A stretch of 64,000 nucleotides of DNA from the human T2T-CHM13v2.0 reference genome, Homo sapiens, in assembly GCF_009914755.1 (NCBI RefSeq), contig NC_060947.1; one strand, given 5' to 3'. The position numbers were made by a program, and so were the translations under genes. How positions within the stretch are numbered: the first letter of the stretch is position 1; each line of letters starts with the position of its first letter. The notes under the pieces were generated by a model, which saw nothing but the letters and a program-made list of their open reading frames with translations, searched no databases and had not been told where the DNA came from. Shown one piece after another: positions 1 to 16,660 of the stretch.

Positions 1-3000
1 TTATGGCTGAGTTGTATTCCATATATATATATATCACAGTTTCTTTATCCATTCATTGATTGATGGGCATTTGGGTTGGTTCCACGATTTTGCCATTGTG
101 AAGTGTGCTGCTATAAACATGCGTGTGCAAGTATCTTTTTCAAATAATGACTTCTTTTCCTCTGGGTAGATACCCTGTAGTTGGATTGCTGGATCAAATA
201 GTAATTCTGCTTTTAGTTCCTTAAGGAATCTCCACACTATTTTCCATAGCAGCTGTGCTAGTTTACATTCCCACCAGCAGTGTAAAAGTGTAAAAGTGTT
301 CCCTGATCATCGCATCCATGCCAACATCTACTGTTTTTTGATTTTTTGATTATGGCCATTCTTGCAGGAGTAAGGTTGTATTGCATTGTGGTTCTGATTT
401 GCATTTCCCTGATCATTAGTGATGTTGAGCATTTTGTCATATGTTTGTTGGCCATTTGTATATCTTCTTTTGAGAATTGTCTATTCATGTCCTTAGCCCA
501 TTTTTTGATGGAATTGTTTTTTTCTTGTTAATTTGTTTGAATTTGTTGTTGATTCTGGATATTATTAGTCCTTGGTCAGATGTATAGATTGTGAAGATTT
601 TCTCTCACTCTGTGGGTTGTCTGTTTATGCTGCTGACTGTTCCTTTTGCCATGCAAAACTCTTTAGTTTAATTAGGTCCCAGCTATGTATCTTCATTTTT
701 ATTGCATTCGTTTTGGGGTTTTTTGGTCATGAAATCCTTGCCTAAGCCAACGTCTAGAAGGGTTTTTCCAATGTTATCTTCTAGAATTTTTAGAGTTTCA
801 GGTCTTAGGTTTAAGTCCTTAATCCATCTTGAGTTGATTTTTGTATATGGAGAGAGATGAGGATCCAGTTTCTTTCTCCTACTTGTGGCTAGCTAATTAT
901 CCCAGCACCATTTTTTGAGAATGGTGTCCTTTCCCCACTTGATGTTTTTGTTTGCTTTGTCAAAGATCAGTTGGCTATAAGTATTTGGGTTCATTTCTGG
1001 GTTCTCTATTCTGTTGCATTCATCTATGTGCCTATGTTTATAGCAGTGCCACACTGTTTTGGTGACTATTGCCTTATAGTATAGTTTGAAATCAGGTAGT
1101 GTGATGTCTCCAGATTTGTTCTTTTTGCTTAGTCTTGCTTTAGTTATACAGGTTCTTTTTTGGTTCCATATGATTTTTAGAATTGTTTTTTTCTAATTCT
1201 GTGAAGAGTGATGGTGGTATTTTGATGGGGATTGCATTGAATTTGTAGATTGCTTTCAGTAGTATGGTCATTTTCACAATATTGATTCTACCCATCCATG
1301 AGCATGGGATGTGTTTCCATTTGTTTGTGTCTTTTATGATTTCTTTCAGCAGTATTTTGTAGTTTTGCTTGTAGAGGTCTTTCAACTCCTTGCTTAGATA
1401 TATTCCTAAGTTTTTGTTTTGTTTTGTTTTGTTTTTTGCAGCAAGTGTAAAATGGGCTGAGTTCTTGATGTGATTCTCTGCTTGGTCGCTGTTGGTGTAT
1501 AGAAGAGCTACTGATGTGTGTACATTAATCTTGTATTCAGAAACTTTGCTGAATTATTTTATCAGTTCTAGGAGTTTTCTGGGGGAGCCGTTAGGGTTTT
1601 CAAGATAAATGATCAGCAAACAGGGACAGTTTGACTTCCTCTTTACTGAGTTGGATGCCCTTCATTTCTTTCTCTTGTCTGATTGCTCTCGCTAGGACCT
1701 CCAGTGCTATGTTGAAAAGGAGTGGTGAGAGTGGGCATCCTTGTCTTGTTCCCATTCTCAGAGGGAATGCTTTCAACTTTTCCCCATGCAGTATTATGTT
1801 GGCTGTGGGTTTGTCATGGGCTTTAGTTACATTAAGGTATGTCCCTTGTATGCCAAATTTGCTTAGAGTTTTAAACATAACGTGATGCTGGATTTTGTTG
1901 AATGCTTTTTCTGCATCTATTGAGATGATCATGTGATTTTTGTTTTTAAGTCTCTTTATATGGTGTATCACATTTATTGACTTGCATATGTTAAACCACC
2001 CCTGCATCCCTGGTATGAAACCCACTTGATCATGGTGGATTATCCTTTTGATATGTTGTTGGATTCGGTTAGCTAATATTTTGTTAAGGATTTTAGCATT
2101 TATATTCATCAAGCGTATCACTCTGTAGTTTTGTTTTTTGGTTGTGTCCTTTCCTGGTTTTGGTATTAGGATGATGCTGGTTTCATAAAATGAATTAGGG
2201 AGGGTTCCTTCTTTCTCTATCTTGTGGAATAGTGTCAAAAGGATTGGTACAAATTCTGTTTTGAACGTCTGGTAGAATTCTGCTGTGAATCCATCTGTCC
2301 TGGAATTTTTGTTGGTAATTTTTTAATTACCATTTCAATCTCGCTGCTAGTTATTGGTCTGTTCAGGGTATCTATTTTTTCCTGATTTAAGCTACGAGGA
2401 TTTTAATTTTCCAGGAATTTATCCATCTCTTCTAGGTTTTCTAGTTTATGTGTGTAAAGGTATACATAGTAGCCTTGAATGATCTTTTGTATTTCAGTGG
2501 TGTCAGTTGTAATATTTCCTGTTTCATTTCTCAGTGAGGTTATTTGGATTTTCTCTTTTCTTTTATTGGTTAATCTTGCTAATGGTCTATCAAATTTATT
2601 TATCTTTTCAAAGAACCAGCTTTTTGTTTCGTTTATCTTTTGTACTTTTTTGTTTGTTTCAATTTCATTTAGTTCTGATCTGATCTTGGTTATTTCCTTT
2701 CTCCTCCTGGGTTTGGGTTTGGTTTCTTCTTGTTTCTCTGGTTCCTTGAGGTGTGACCTTGGATTGTCTATTTGTGCTTTCTCAGACTTTTTGATGGAGG
2801 TGTTTGGGGCTATGAACTTTTCTTCTTAGCACTGCCTTAGCTGTTTCCCAGAGGTTTTGATAGGTTGTGTCATTATTGCCATTCAGCTCAGAAATTTTTT
2901 AAATTTTCTTCTTGATTTTGTTTTTGACCCAATGCTCATTCAGGAGCAAGTTATTTAATTTCCATGTATTTGCATGGTTTTGAAGGTTCCTTTTGGAGTT

Positions 3001-3131
3001 GATTTCCAATTTTATTCCACTGTAGTCTGAGAGAGTGCTTGATATAATTTTAATTTTCATAAATTTATTGAGTCACCTTTTATGGCCTATCATATGGTCT
3101 ATCTTGGAGAAAGTTCCATGCACTGTTGAAT
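1..3131 (-). mobile_element. L1PB (L1PB1-like) LINE-1, ORF2 body and 3' part (continues off the left edge)
   Basis: Minus-strand ORF2 remnants: 1600-2238 RT region ([17 protein letters not shown]...[15 protein letters not shown]), 1140-1385, 258-488, and 34-237 C-terminus (CTRMFIAAHFT...WNQPKCPS). The 3' sequence resembles L1PB. Confidence 0.9.
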
Positions 3132-5361
3132 TATCTCAATAGATACGGAGAAGGCTTTTGATAAAATTCAACAGTCCTTTATGTTAAAAACTCTCAACAA
3201 ACTAGGTATTGACGGAACATACCTCAAAATAATAAGAGCCATGTGTGACAAACCCACAGTCAACATCATACTGAATGAGCAGAAGCTGGAAACATCCCCA
3301 ATGAAAACTGGCATGAGTCAAGGGTGCGCTCTCTCACCAATCTTATTCAGTGTAGTATCGGATGTGCTGGCCAGAGTGATCAGGCAAGAGAAAGAAATAA
3401 AGGCATTAAAATAGTAAAAGAAGAAGGAATCTATCCTGTTTGCGATGACATAATCCTATATCTAGAAAACCCTGTAGTCTCAGCCTAAAAGATTCTTAAG
3501 CTGATAAACAACTTCAGCAGTCTTGGGATAAAATATCACTGTGCAAAAATCACTATCATTCTTATACAACAACAACAGTCAAGCTGAGAGCCAAAGCAAG
3601 AATGCAACCCCATTCACAACTGCGACAAAAAGAGAAAAGTACCAAGAAATATAGCTAACCAGAAAGGTCAAATATCTCTACAAGCAGAACTACAAACCAC
3701 TGTTCAAAGAAATCAGAGATGACAAAAACAAATGGAAAAACAGTTCATGCTCATGGAGAGGAAGAATCAATATAGAGAAAATGGCCATACTGCCCAAATC
3801 AATTTATAGATTCAATGTTTTTACTATTAAGCTATCATTGACATTCTTCAAATAACTAGAAAAAAACTATTTTAAAATTCATATGGAACAAAAAATCCAA
3901 ATAACCAAGGCAATTCTAAGCAAAAAGAAAAGAGCTGGAGGCATCATGGTACCCAACTTTAAACTATACTACAAGGCTACAGTAACCAAAACAGCATAGT
4001 ACTGGTATAATATCAGACTCATAGAACAATGGATCAGAATACAGAACCCAGATATAAGAGGGCGCACCTACAGCTATCTGATCTTTGACAAACCTGACAG
4101 AAACAAGCAATGGGGAAATGATTCCCTATTCAATATGTGGTTTTGAAATAACTGGCTAGCCATATGCAGAAGATTGAAAGCATGCCCCTTCCTTACACCA
4201 TATACAAAAATTAACTCAAGATGAATTAAAAACTTAAATGTAAAACCCTGAACTATAAAAACCCTGGAAGACAACCGTGGCAATATCATTCAGGACAGAG
4301 GCATGGGCAAAGATTTCATGACAAAGACACCAAAAGCAATTGCAACACAAGCAAAAATTGACAAATGTGATCTAATCAAGCTAAAGAGCTTTTGCACACA
4401 AAAAGAAAATACAAACAAACAACCTACAGAATGGGAGAAAGTGTTCACAAACTGTGCATCCAACCTAGGTCTAGTATTAAGCATCTATAAGGAACTTAAA
4501 CAAATTTACAATAAAAAGCAAACAAACCCACTAAAAATTAGGCAAAGGACATGAAAAAATACTCCTCAAAAGAAGACATCCATGTGGCCAACAAACATGA
4601 AGAAAAGCTCCACATCACTGATGATTAGAGAAATGCAAATCAAAACCAAAATGAGATACTCTCTCACACCAGTCAGCATGGCTATTACTAAAATGTCAAA
4701 AAACAACAGATGCTGGTGAGGTTTTGGAGAAAAATGAACACTTTTACACTGTTGTTGGGTGTGCTGAATTAGTCCATCCTTTGTGGAAGACAGCATGGTG
4801 ATTCCTCAAATATCTATTAAGACAGAAATACCATTTGACCCAGCAATCCCATTACTGAGTATATACCCAAAGGAATATAAATCTCTCAGTTTTAAAGACA
4901 CATGCGTGTGTATGTTCATTGAGGCATTATTCACAATAGCAAAGACATAACATTTACCTAAATGTCCATCAATAATAGATTGGATAAGAAAATGTGCTAC
5001 ATTTATACCACGGAGTACTATGCAGCCACAAAATAAAAGGATCATGTTCTTTGCAGGAACATGTACAGAGCTGAATGCCATTACTGTTAGCAAACTAATG
5101 CAAAAAAAACAGAAAAACAAATAACACATGTTCTCACTTATAAGTGGGACCTAAATGATGAGAACACAGAACAACCCACACTGGGGACAATCAGAGTATG
5201 GAGGATGGAAGGAGGAAGAGGATCAGGAGAAATCACTAACAATTAGTAGGCTTAATACCTTGGTAACAAAGTAATCTGTATAACAATCTCCCATGACACA
5301 AGTTTACCTATATAACAAACATCCACACGTACCCCTGAACTTAAAATAAAAGTTAAAAAAA
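3132..5361 (+). mobile_element. 5'-truncated older L1PA (L1PA13-16-like), RT to 3' UTR and A-tail
   Basis: ORF2 remnants 3181-3414 and 4303-4554. 3' UTR ends 'ccatgacacaagtttacctatataacaaac...cccctgaacttaaaataaaagttaaaaaaa'. Confidence 0.88.
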
Positions 5362-5369
5362 TTCTGTGA

Positions 5370-6513
5370 AAAAAGAGAAACAACAAAAAGTTAAAAGCAG
5401 GGAAATGAAGTTAAGGCACAGAATTTTTATTAGTTTTCTTGTTGCTTCTTTTATTATGCAAATAGTGTGAAGTTGTTAGGTAAAATAATGAGTTATAAGA
5501 TGGCATTTTCAAGCTTCATGGCAACCTCAAACCAAAAAACATACAATGGATACAGAAAAAATAAAAAGCAAACAACCAAATCGTATCACCAGAGAAAATC
5601 ACCTTCACTAAGGAAGACAGGAAATACAGACAGAAGGAAGAAAAGACCACAAAACAACCGGAAAACAAATTTTAAAATGGCAAGAATAAGTCCTTACTTA
5701 TCAAAAATACCATTAAGTGTAAATTGACTAAACCCTCCAATTAAAAGAAATGGAGTGGCTGAACAGTTTTTTTAAAAGCACGACCCATTGATCTATTGCC
5801 TACAAGAAACACACCTCACATATAAAAACACACATAGACTGAAAATAAAGGGATGTAAAAAGATATTCCATGACAATGGAAACCAAAAAAGAGAATGAGT
5901 AGATATACTTATATCAGTCCAAGTATATTTCAAGATAAACACTATAAGAAGAGACAAAGAAAGTCACTATATAATGATAAAGGGGTCAATTCAGCAAGTG
6001 GATATTACAAGTGTAAATATCCACACCCAACACTGGAGCACCAAGATATGTGAAGCAAATATTATTAGAAATAGATAGACAGGCCCCAGTACAATAATAG
6101 CTGGAAACTTCAACACCCCACTTTCAGCATTGGGCAGATCTTCCAGACAGAAAATCAACAACCACAAAAAAAAATCAGACTTAATCTGCACTATAAAACA
6201 AATGGATCCAATATGTTTTTGCAGAACATTTTATCTAAGTGCCAGAGAATACACATTTTTTTTCCCTTGGCACGTGGATCATTCTCAGGGATAGACCATA
6301 TGTTATGTCACAAAACAAGTCTCAAAACAGTCAAAAAATTGAAATAATATCAAGCAACTTCTCTGAACACAATGGAATTAAACAAGAAATGAATAACAAA
6401 AGGAACTTTGGAAACTATAAAAATACATGGAAATTAAATAGTATGCTCCTGAATGATCAGTGGGTCAATGAAAAAATTAAGAAGGAAATTGAAAAACTTA
6501 TTGAAACAAATGG
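5370..6513 (+). mobile_element. L1M1/L1MA-type fragment: inter-ORF region plus endonuclease-coding start of ORF2
   Basis: Resembles 41695-42800 of the L1MA in this window. Decayed EN motifs (ctattgcctacaagaaacacac; ggaaacttcaacaccccactttc; ctctgaacacaatggaattaaac). Confidence 0.8.
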
Positions 6514-9500
6514 TTTTATGGCCTGTCATATGGTCTATCTTGGAGAAAGTTCCATTCACTGTTGAATAGAATATGTATTCTGCAGTTCTTGGATGAAACG
6601 TTCTGTATGTATCTGTTAAGTCCATTTGTTCCACGGTATAGTTTAAATCCATTGTTTCTTTGTTGTCTTTCTGTCTTGACAATCTGTCTAGTGCTGTCAG
6701 TGAAGTATTGAAGTCCCCCACTGTTACTGTGTTGCTGTCTATTTTATTTCTTAGGTCTATTAATTGTTGTATAAATTTGGGAGCTCCAGTGTTAGGTGCG
6801 TATTTGGTCAGGATTGTAGTATTTTCCCATTGGACAAGGCCTTTTACCATTATATAATGTCTCTTTTTGTCTCTTTTAACTGCTGTCGCTTTAAAATTTG
6901 TTTTGTCTGATATTGGAATAGCTACCCCTTCCCGCTTTTTGTGTCCATTTGCCTGAAATGCCTTTTCCCACCCCTTTAAGTTTATGTGAGTCCCTATGTG
7001 TTAGGTGAGTCTCCTGAAGGCAGCAGATAGTTGGTTAGTTCTTATCCATTCTGCTATTCTGTACCTTTTAAGTGGAGCATTTAGGCCATTTACAAGCAAT
7101 GTTAGTGTTGAAATATGAGGTACCATTGCATTCATCATGCTTTTTGTTTTCTGTGTATTTTTGTTTTTTGTTTTTGCTTTTTAACTTGTATTTTTCTTTT
7201 ATAGGTCCTGTGAGATTTATGCTTTAAATAAGTTCTGCTTTGAAGTGTTTCCAGGATTTGTTTCAAGATTTAGAGTTCCTTTTAGCAGTTCTTGTAGTGG
7301 TGGCTTGATAATGGCAAATTCTCTCAGCATTTGTTGGTCTGAAAATGACTGTATCTTTCCTTCATATATGATGCTTAGTTTTGCCGAATACAAAATTCTT
7401 GGCTAATAATTGTTTTGTTTGAGGAGGCTGAAGACAGTGCCCCAATCCTTTCTAGCTTGTAGGGTTTCTGCTGAGAAGTCTGCTGTTAATCTGATAAGTT
7501 TTCCTTTATAGGTTACCTGGTGCTTCTGTCTCAAAATGCTTAAGGTTCTTTCCTTTGTCTTAACTTTGTATAGCCTGATGACAATGTGCCTAGGTGAAGA
7601 TCTTTTTGTGATGAATTTCTCAGGTGTTCTTTATGCTTCTTGTATTTGCATGACTAGATCTCTAGCAAGGCCAAGGAAGTTTTCCTTGATTATTCCAACT
7701 ATGTTTTCCAAGCTTTTAGAATTGTCTTCTTCCTCAGGTACACCGATTATTCTTAGATTTGGTGGTTTAACATAATCCCTGGCCTCTTGGAGGCTTTGTT
7801 CATATTTTCTTATTATTTTTTCTTTGTCTTTGTTGGATTGGGTTAATTCAAAGACCTTGTCTTCGAACTCTGAATTTCTTTCTTCTACTTGTTCAATTCT
7901 ATTGCTGAGACTTTCCAGAGAATTTCACATTTCTAAAAGTGTGTCCAAAGTTTCCTGAATTTTTTATTGTTTTTTCTTTAAGCTATCTATTTCCTTGCAT
8001 ATTTCTCCCTTCTCTTCTTGTATCATTTTTTGGATTTCCTTGCATTGGGCTTCACTTTTCTCTGGCCCCTCCCTGATTAGCTTAGTAACTAATCTCCTGA
8101 ATTCTTTTTCAGGTAAATCAGGGATTTCTTCTTGGTTTGGATCCATTGCTAGTGAACTAGTGTGATTTTTGGGGGGTGTTGATGAGCCTTGTTTTGTCAT
8201 ATTACCAGGGTTGGTTTCCTGGTTCCTTCTCATTTGCGTAGGTTCTGTCAGAGCGAAGATTGAGGGCTGAAGCTGTTGTTCTTATTTTTTTGTCCCACAG
8301 GGTGTTCCCTTGATGTAGTACTTTCCCCCTTTTCCTGTGGATATGGCTTCCTGTGAGCCAAAGTGCAATGATTGTTGTCTCTCTTCTGGGTCTAACCTCC
8401 CAGTGAGTCTACCCGGCTCCAGGCTGGTACTGGGGGTTGTCTGCACAGACTCCTGTGATGTGAATCATCTATGGGTCTCTCAGCCATGGATACCAGTGCC
8501 TGTTCTGGTGGAGGTGGTGGAGGGTACAATGGACTCCGTGGGGGTTCTTAGCTTTGGTGATTTAATGCTCTATTTTTGTGCTGGTTGGCCTCCTGCCAGG
8601 AGGCGTTGCTTTCCAGAAAGAATCAGCTGTAGTAGTGTGGAGAGGGACTGGTGGTGAGCAGGGCCCTAGAACTCCCAAGACTAGATGCCCTTTGTCTTTC
8701 GTTACCAAAGTAGGTAGGGAAGGACAATCAGATGGGGACAGGGCTAGGTGTGTCTGAGCTCAGGCTCTCCTTGGGTGGGTCTTGCTGCGGCAGCTGTGGG
8801 GAATGGGGGTGAGATTCCCAGGTCATTGGAGTTGTGTACCTAGGAGGATTATGGCTGCTTCTGCTGAGTCATGTAGGCTGTCAGGGAAGTGGGGGAAAGC
8901 CAGTGGTCACAGGCCTCACCCAGCTCCCATACAAACTGAAGGGCTGGTCTCATTCCCACCATGCCCCCCACAACAGCCCTGAGTCTGTTTCTAGGTGGAG
9001 GGTGAGTCGGGCTTGAAAACTTGCCGGAGGCTTCCTGCCTCCCAGCTGCAAAAGAAAAGGGCTTTAGTTCTTCCCCGATCTGTGAAGTCTGCAATTCGGA
9101 GTCATACCCTCCCCTGAGTTCTGGCCAGAAGGCTTCTCGCCCCATTCAAGTTGTTACAAAGTTCAGCTAGAGAAGTCCTTCTCCCTGTGGAGTTTTACCG
9201 CCTGCTCCTCTGGCCACCATCCTGATAGATCTCTGTGATGCCAAGCAATAATAGGCTGCTTGGGGATCCAGCAAGCTCCCAGGGTCCTTCTGCTGCTTCC
9301 TCTACCCCTGTATTCACTCTGCTTGGCTGTCTAACTCAACTCAGCTCCAGATAAAGTTGGGAACTTCTCTCACAAACAGACCTTCAGGTTCTCCAGTGGG
9401 GGTGTGTGTTCAGGAGAGGGGTTTCTCCCTTTCCCACTTCCAGAGTTGGAGCACTCACAGTATTTGGGGTGTCTCCCGGGTCCTGCAGGAACAGTCCACT

Positions 9501-9654
9501 TCCTTCAGAGGGTCTGTGGGTCCTCTCAGGATTGCTGACTTGTTCCTGCGGTCAATCTTGAGCTAAAATTCACAATGCAAGCTTCCGCATGATGCTCTGT
9601 CTGGAGCTGCAATTCTGTCCTGCCTCCCATCTGCCATGATGCCTGGTCTCCTCT
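6514..9654 (-). mobile_element. 5' half of the same L1PB: endonuclease, ORF1 and L1PBa-type 5' UTR
   Basis: EN remnant 6434-6850 (YAPNTGAP...VGDFNTSL). ORF1 N-terminus MRRNQETNPGNMTKQGSSTPPK starts at 8233. GC-richer 5' UTR 8240-9654. Colinear with 1-3131. Confidence 0.9.
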
Positions 9655-10246
9655 GAATGTCATTTTAATTCTCTTTATATAAAATATCACAAACCAGACC
9701 TAAAATTTCTCTCAAGACCTTTTCTCCATTCTAATATTTTCTTTATGGTTGGTGGCACAACAATTATTACAGTGTTATCCGTTTCATAAACTTTAAGTTA
9801 TTTTGTATTTCTCCCTATTCTTAACTCCTTATATCTCTTTAGTAACAAGTCTTTTATGTTACTAACCTTTAGATTCACTGGAATTTCACATCACTTTTGC
9901 TGGTTCTTTTCTTTCCTCTCAGATATTTTCTTTTCACTCAATTTTCTAGACTTGTCTCTTTCTGCCAATCTATGGAATGCAAAGGTAAACAAGACTTTCA
10001 AAATGTCCTCAAAAGACTAACAGGAAAAAACATGTGTGTATGAGTAAGTGTATGTGTGTGCCTGGAGATCTACTGAGTTTACTATCCTGCGTTAATTAAC
10101 TAGAAAATCTGAACAAAAATATATGAACAATTGTCTTTCAACTTGAACAAGAAGCATAGGAGAGTTGACCTCTCAGAGTAGTGAAATCCATGAGGTGAGC
10201 CTTATGATTATTTGAAGGCTATTTCCAGGCTGCAGCACACGGACTG

Positions 10247-10599
10247 TAATATGGTTTGGCTATGTCCCCACCCAAATCTCATTAAATTCCCACATGTTGT
10301 GCAAGGAACCCAGTGGGAGGTAACTGAATTATGGAGGCAGATCTTTCCCATGCTGTTCGCATGATAGTGAATAAGTGTCATGAGATCTGATGGTTTTATA
10401 AGGGGCAGTTTCCCTGCGCAAGCGTTCTCTTTGCCTGCTGCCATCCATGTAAGACATGACTTGCTCCTCCTTGCCTTCCGCCATAATTGTGAGGCCTCCC
10501 CAACCATGTAGAACTGTAAGTCCTTTAAACCTCTTTTTCTTTGTAATTTACCCAATCTCAGGTATGTCTTTATCAGCAGTGTGTAAATGGCCTAATACA
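10247..10599 (+). mobile_element. THE1B/C-like solo LTR (ERVL-MaLR)
   Basis: Starts 'taatatggtttggctatgtccccacccaaatctca', ends 'ggcctaataca'. 5-bp TSD gactg (10242-10246) / gagtg (10600-10604). Confidence 0.9.
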
Positions 10600-10718
10600 G
10601 AGTGATAACCTTTACATAGCAAGGCAATCTTACTGGGTTGATTAGAAGGATATTAGAGTTGGGAGAAGTCAAGATAGCTAGAATTTTAGGAATAGAGTAC
10701 TAGAGAAAAGGAAACTGC

Positions 10719-10740
10719 AGAGAGAGAGAGAGAGAGAGAG
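10719..10740. repeat. (AG)n microsatellite
   Basis: About 11 AG units seen directly. Confidence 0.9.
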
Positions 10741-12056
10741 CACTTTGAAGACCTCCAGATGGGTCTCTGAAAGTCTTTGCCTTATTACTGCTTTGTGCAT
10801 GCATAAGAAAAAAACTACTTCAGGCCAGAGAAAGAATTATTGTAAAGCATTAGACTGAACCATTCTCAGAGCTCACACAGAAGCTGAGGATAATATATGT
10901 TTCAAATATTCAGAATTAGAAGACCTTGCAATCATGTAGCATCAAGTAGAGTCCTTGGAAGGGCAAAGTCTTAGTATGGGGGCTAAATGAGCTCTGGAAT
11001 GAAAGATGGAAATAATCTGCTTTAACAAAGATAAGAAGCACACCTCAAAATGATTCAACTAAACTCAAGGACTTTGCATACCAGAGCAAAGTTCACCATT
11101 ATTTAAAGAAATATAACAAAATCCAGCACCTAGCAATGTAAAGTTCACAATATCTGTCACCCAATTAAAAGTTAAAAAGCAGGAAAAAAAAAAACAGAAA
11201 AGTCTGACCTATAACAAGGAAAAAATCAATCGATATAAACAAAGAAATTATGGTGATTATAGTACTATTCAGTAAGAATATTAAAACAGCTAATACAAAA
11301 ATGATCCAAGTATTCAAGAAGACAGAGAAAAATGTGAATATGAGGATAAATATTAAAGTTTTTTAAAGATATGAATTGAATAGATAAATATAATATTTGA
11401 AATGAAAAGAACACTGGATAGAATTAAAAGCAGATGAAACACAGTAGAATAAAAATTAAGTGAACTTGAAAACATAGCAATAGAAATGGTCTGAAACAAA
11501 GCACAAAGACAAAATGACTGGGAAGAAATGAACAAAGCATTACTGACCTATGGAACAATATCAAGTAGCCTAAAATACATATTAGAGTCCCAAACAGAGG
11601 AAAGAGAATGAAGGCCAAAGAAATACTTGAAGAAAAATGGACAGTATTTTCCCAAATTGGATGAAAAATATAAATCTAAAGAGATCAATGGCTCAATTAA
11701 ACACAAACATAAAAACCATGAATAAAAGCACATCATGACACAGAACTTTCAACCAATAATACTATACACAGCTAGTGGTTCTTCAGAAATGAAGAAGAAA
11801 TACAGATGTTCACATAAAAACAAAAACCCCTAGAACTGCCTTACAAAAAAATGCTAAAGGGAGTTATTTGAATTGAAATGAAAGGACACTAAGTAAAAAC
11901 ATAAAAACATGAAAGCATAAGACTCACTGATAAAGGTAAATATATAATCAAATTTAGTATATTTCAATATCATAATGGTGATGCAAAATCACTAGTACAA
12001 AAGCTAAAAAACAAAATTATTAAAAAGTATAGTAAAACAATTTGTGAATGGATACA

Positions 12057-12431
12057 TCCTATGGTTTGAATGATGGTGTCCTTCCCAAAATTTTTGTTGA
12101 AACTTTATCCCCAATGCAACAGTATTAAGAGATATGCCCTTTGGTGGGTGCTAGAGTCATGAGGGCTTTTCCCCTCACGAATGGGATTAATATTGTTGTA
12201 AAAGGGATCAAGATTGAAAAGAGAGCTCTCTTATTCTTCCACCTTCCTCCATGTGAGGATACCTTGACAATGTGCCATCTTAGAAGCAGAGAGTAGCCCT
12301 CACCAGACACCAATACTAGTGCCTTAATCTTGGATTTCCCAGCCTCCAGAACTGTAAGAAATAAATTTCTGTTGTTTATACATTACTCAGTCTGTGCTAT
12401 TTTGTAACAGCAGCAGAAAAAGACAAAGACA
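12057..12431 (+). mobile_element. MST/MLT1A-type solo LTR (MaLR)
   Basis: Contains 'atggtttgaat...', 'gccctcaccagacacc', and 'ccagcctccagaactgtaagaaataaatttctgttgtttata', typical of MaLR LTRs. Confidence 0.8.
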
Positions 12432-12849
12432 AGGCATAATATGAAAAGATGTAAAGTGTGATATTAATAGTGTACTACGCAGAGAAGAGGGAAAAGTAAA
12501 AATGTACAGGATTTAAGTTAAGTTGTTGTCGGCTTAAAATAGAGTGTAACAACTATGAAATGTTGTATGTAAACCTCATGATAACCACAAAGGAAATACC
12601 TCTAGTAAATACACAAAAGACAGAGAAAAAAATCAAAGTATACCAATATAAAAATTATCAAACCACAAAGGAAGAAAAAAAACAAGAAAGGAATAAACTA
12701 CCAAATAGTCAGAAAATAATTAACAAAATGACAACAGTAAGTCCTTACTTATTAATAATTACTTCAAATGTAAGTTGATTTAAAAAACAAGACCCAACAG
12801 CATGCTGTCTACAAAAGACTCACTGTAGCTTTAAGAATACACATAGTCT

Positions 12850-15307
<2,458 letters not shown>

Positions 15308-16009
15308 AAGAATACACATAGTCTCAAAGTGAAGGGATAAAAAAAGATATTCCATGAAAATGAGACAGAGATAAGAGATGGCTACACTTGTATCTGACAA
15401 AACAGACTTTCAGTCAAAATCTATGAAAAAATACCAAAACATCACTATATAATGATAAAGTGGTCAATTCACGAAGAGGATATAACAATTGTAAATATAT
15501 ATCCATTCAACATTGGAGCACCTGAATATGTAAAATGAATATTAAAGGTCACTACAGTACTCCACTTTCAGCAAATGATAGATTATCCACACAGAAAATC
15601 AATAAGCAATCAGTGGACATGAATAACACTACAGATGAAATGAACCTAATGAACTTAAAGAACATTCCATCCAACAGGAGCAGAAAACACATTCTTCTCA
15701 AGTGCCCATAAAATATTCTGCAGGATCAAATGTTAGGATATAAAAAAGTCTTAACAAATGTAAGAAGATTGAAATTATATCAAGCATCTTTTCTGAATAA
15801 CAGGAGAAATTTTGAAAAATTCACAAGTATGTGAAACTTATATAACACATCCCCCAAACAACAAATTTTTCAGAGAAGAAATCAGAAAGGGAAATAAAAA
15901 ATAATCTTGAGACAAATACGAAAATACAATATACTAAACCTTGACAGATGCAGCAAAAGCAGTTCTAAGAGGGACTTTTTAGTGATAAATGCCTACATTA
16001 AGAAAAGAA

Positions 16010-16390
16010 TTGTGGTATAACTCTACAACAAAATGCTATTCAGCAGTTAAAAGAGATTTACTACTGACACATGCTACAACATGGATTAACCTCAGTACGA
16101 CCATGGTGTGCAAAATAAGGCAGACACAAAAGCCTGTATACTGTATAAATTCTCCCAAATCAAATTCTTTAAAAAATACATAGTGACAAAAAGTGGGTCT
16201 ACAATTTGAAGGCACACAGCTTTGGGGAAGATAGTGACTGCAAAGGAGCACAAGAGAACTTTTGACATGATAGAAATGTGATGTAAAATCATTGTATATG
16301 ATTGTAAGATTTTATGAAGCTATACACGTACAGTTAATGTTATTGTATGTGGTTGTACATAATACAATAAAGTTGAAATTCTGAAAATTA
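16010..16390 (+). mobile_element. Ancient L1ME-type 3' end
   Basis: 'ctactgacacatgctacaacatggattaacctc...cagacacaaaagcctgtatactgtat' resembles the L1ME 3' UTR. Confidence 0.55.
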
Positions 16391-16454
16391 AAACAAGTCA
16401 GGATGGAAAGAATGATACAGTAATATCTAACAGTTTTTTAAATTATCTCATCTA

Positions 16455-16660
16455 TGCTGGATATCATGCCAGGTATTCCAAGTGTATTATTCTATTACAT
16501 ACCCACAATAGCCCTGCAAGAGAGAAGTAATACTATTTTATTTACAGGTAAAAATAAGAATTTATAGAAATTAAATAATTACACTAAGCCATACATTCCA
16601 TAATCTTTAGACCCAGAATTTGCACCCAGATTTGTTTGCTATCAAAGGTCATGCTATTCA
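16455..16660 (-). mobile_element. MIR SINE remnant
   Basis: 'cacaatagccctgcaag...tattttatttacaggtaaaaataagaatttatagaaattaaataatt...gaatttgcacccagatt' resembles the MIR core. Confidence 0.55.

Noticed and set aside
10494-10508. Possible PRDM9 hotspot motif in the THE1 solo LTR
   Set aside because: The sequence CCTCCCCAACCAT misses two fixed positions of CCNCCNTNNCCNC.
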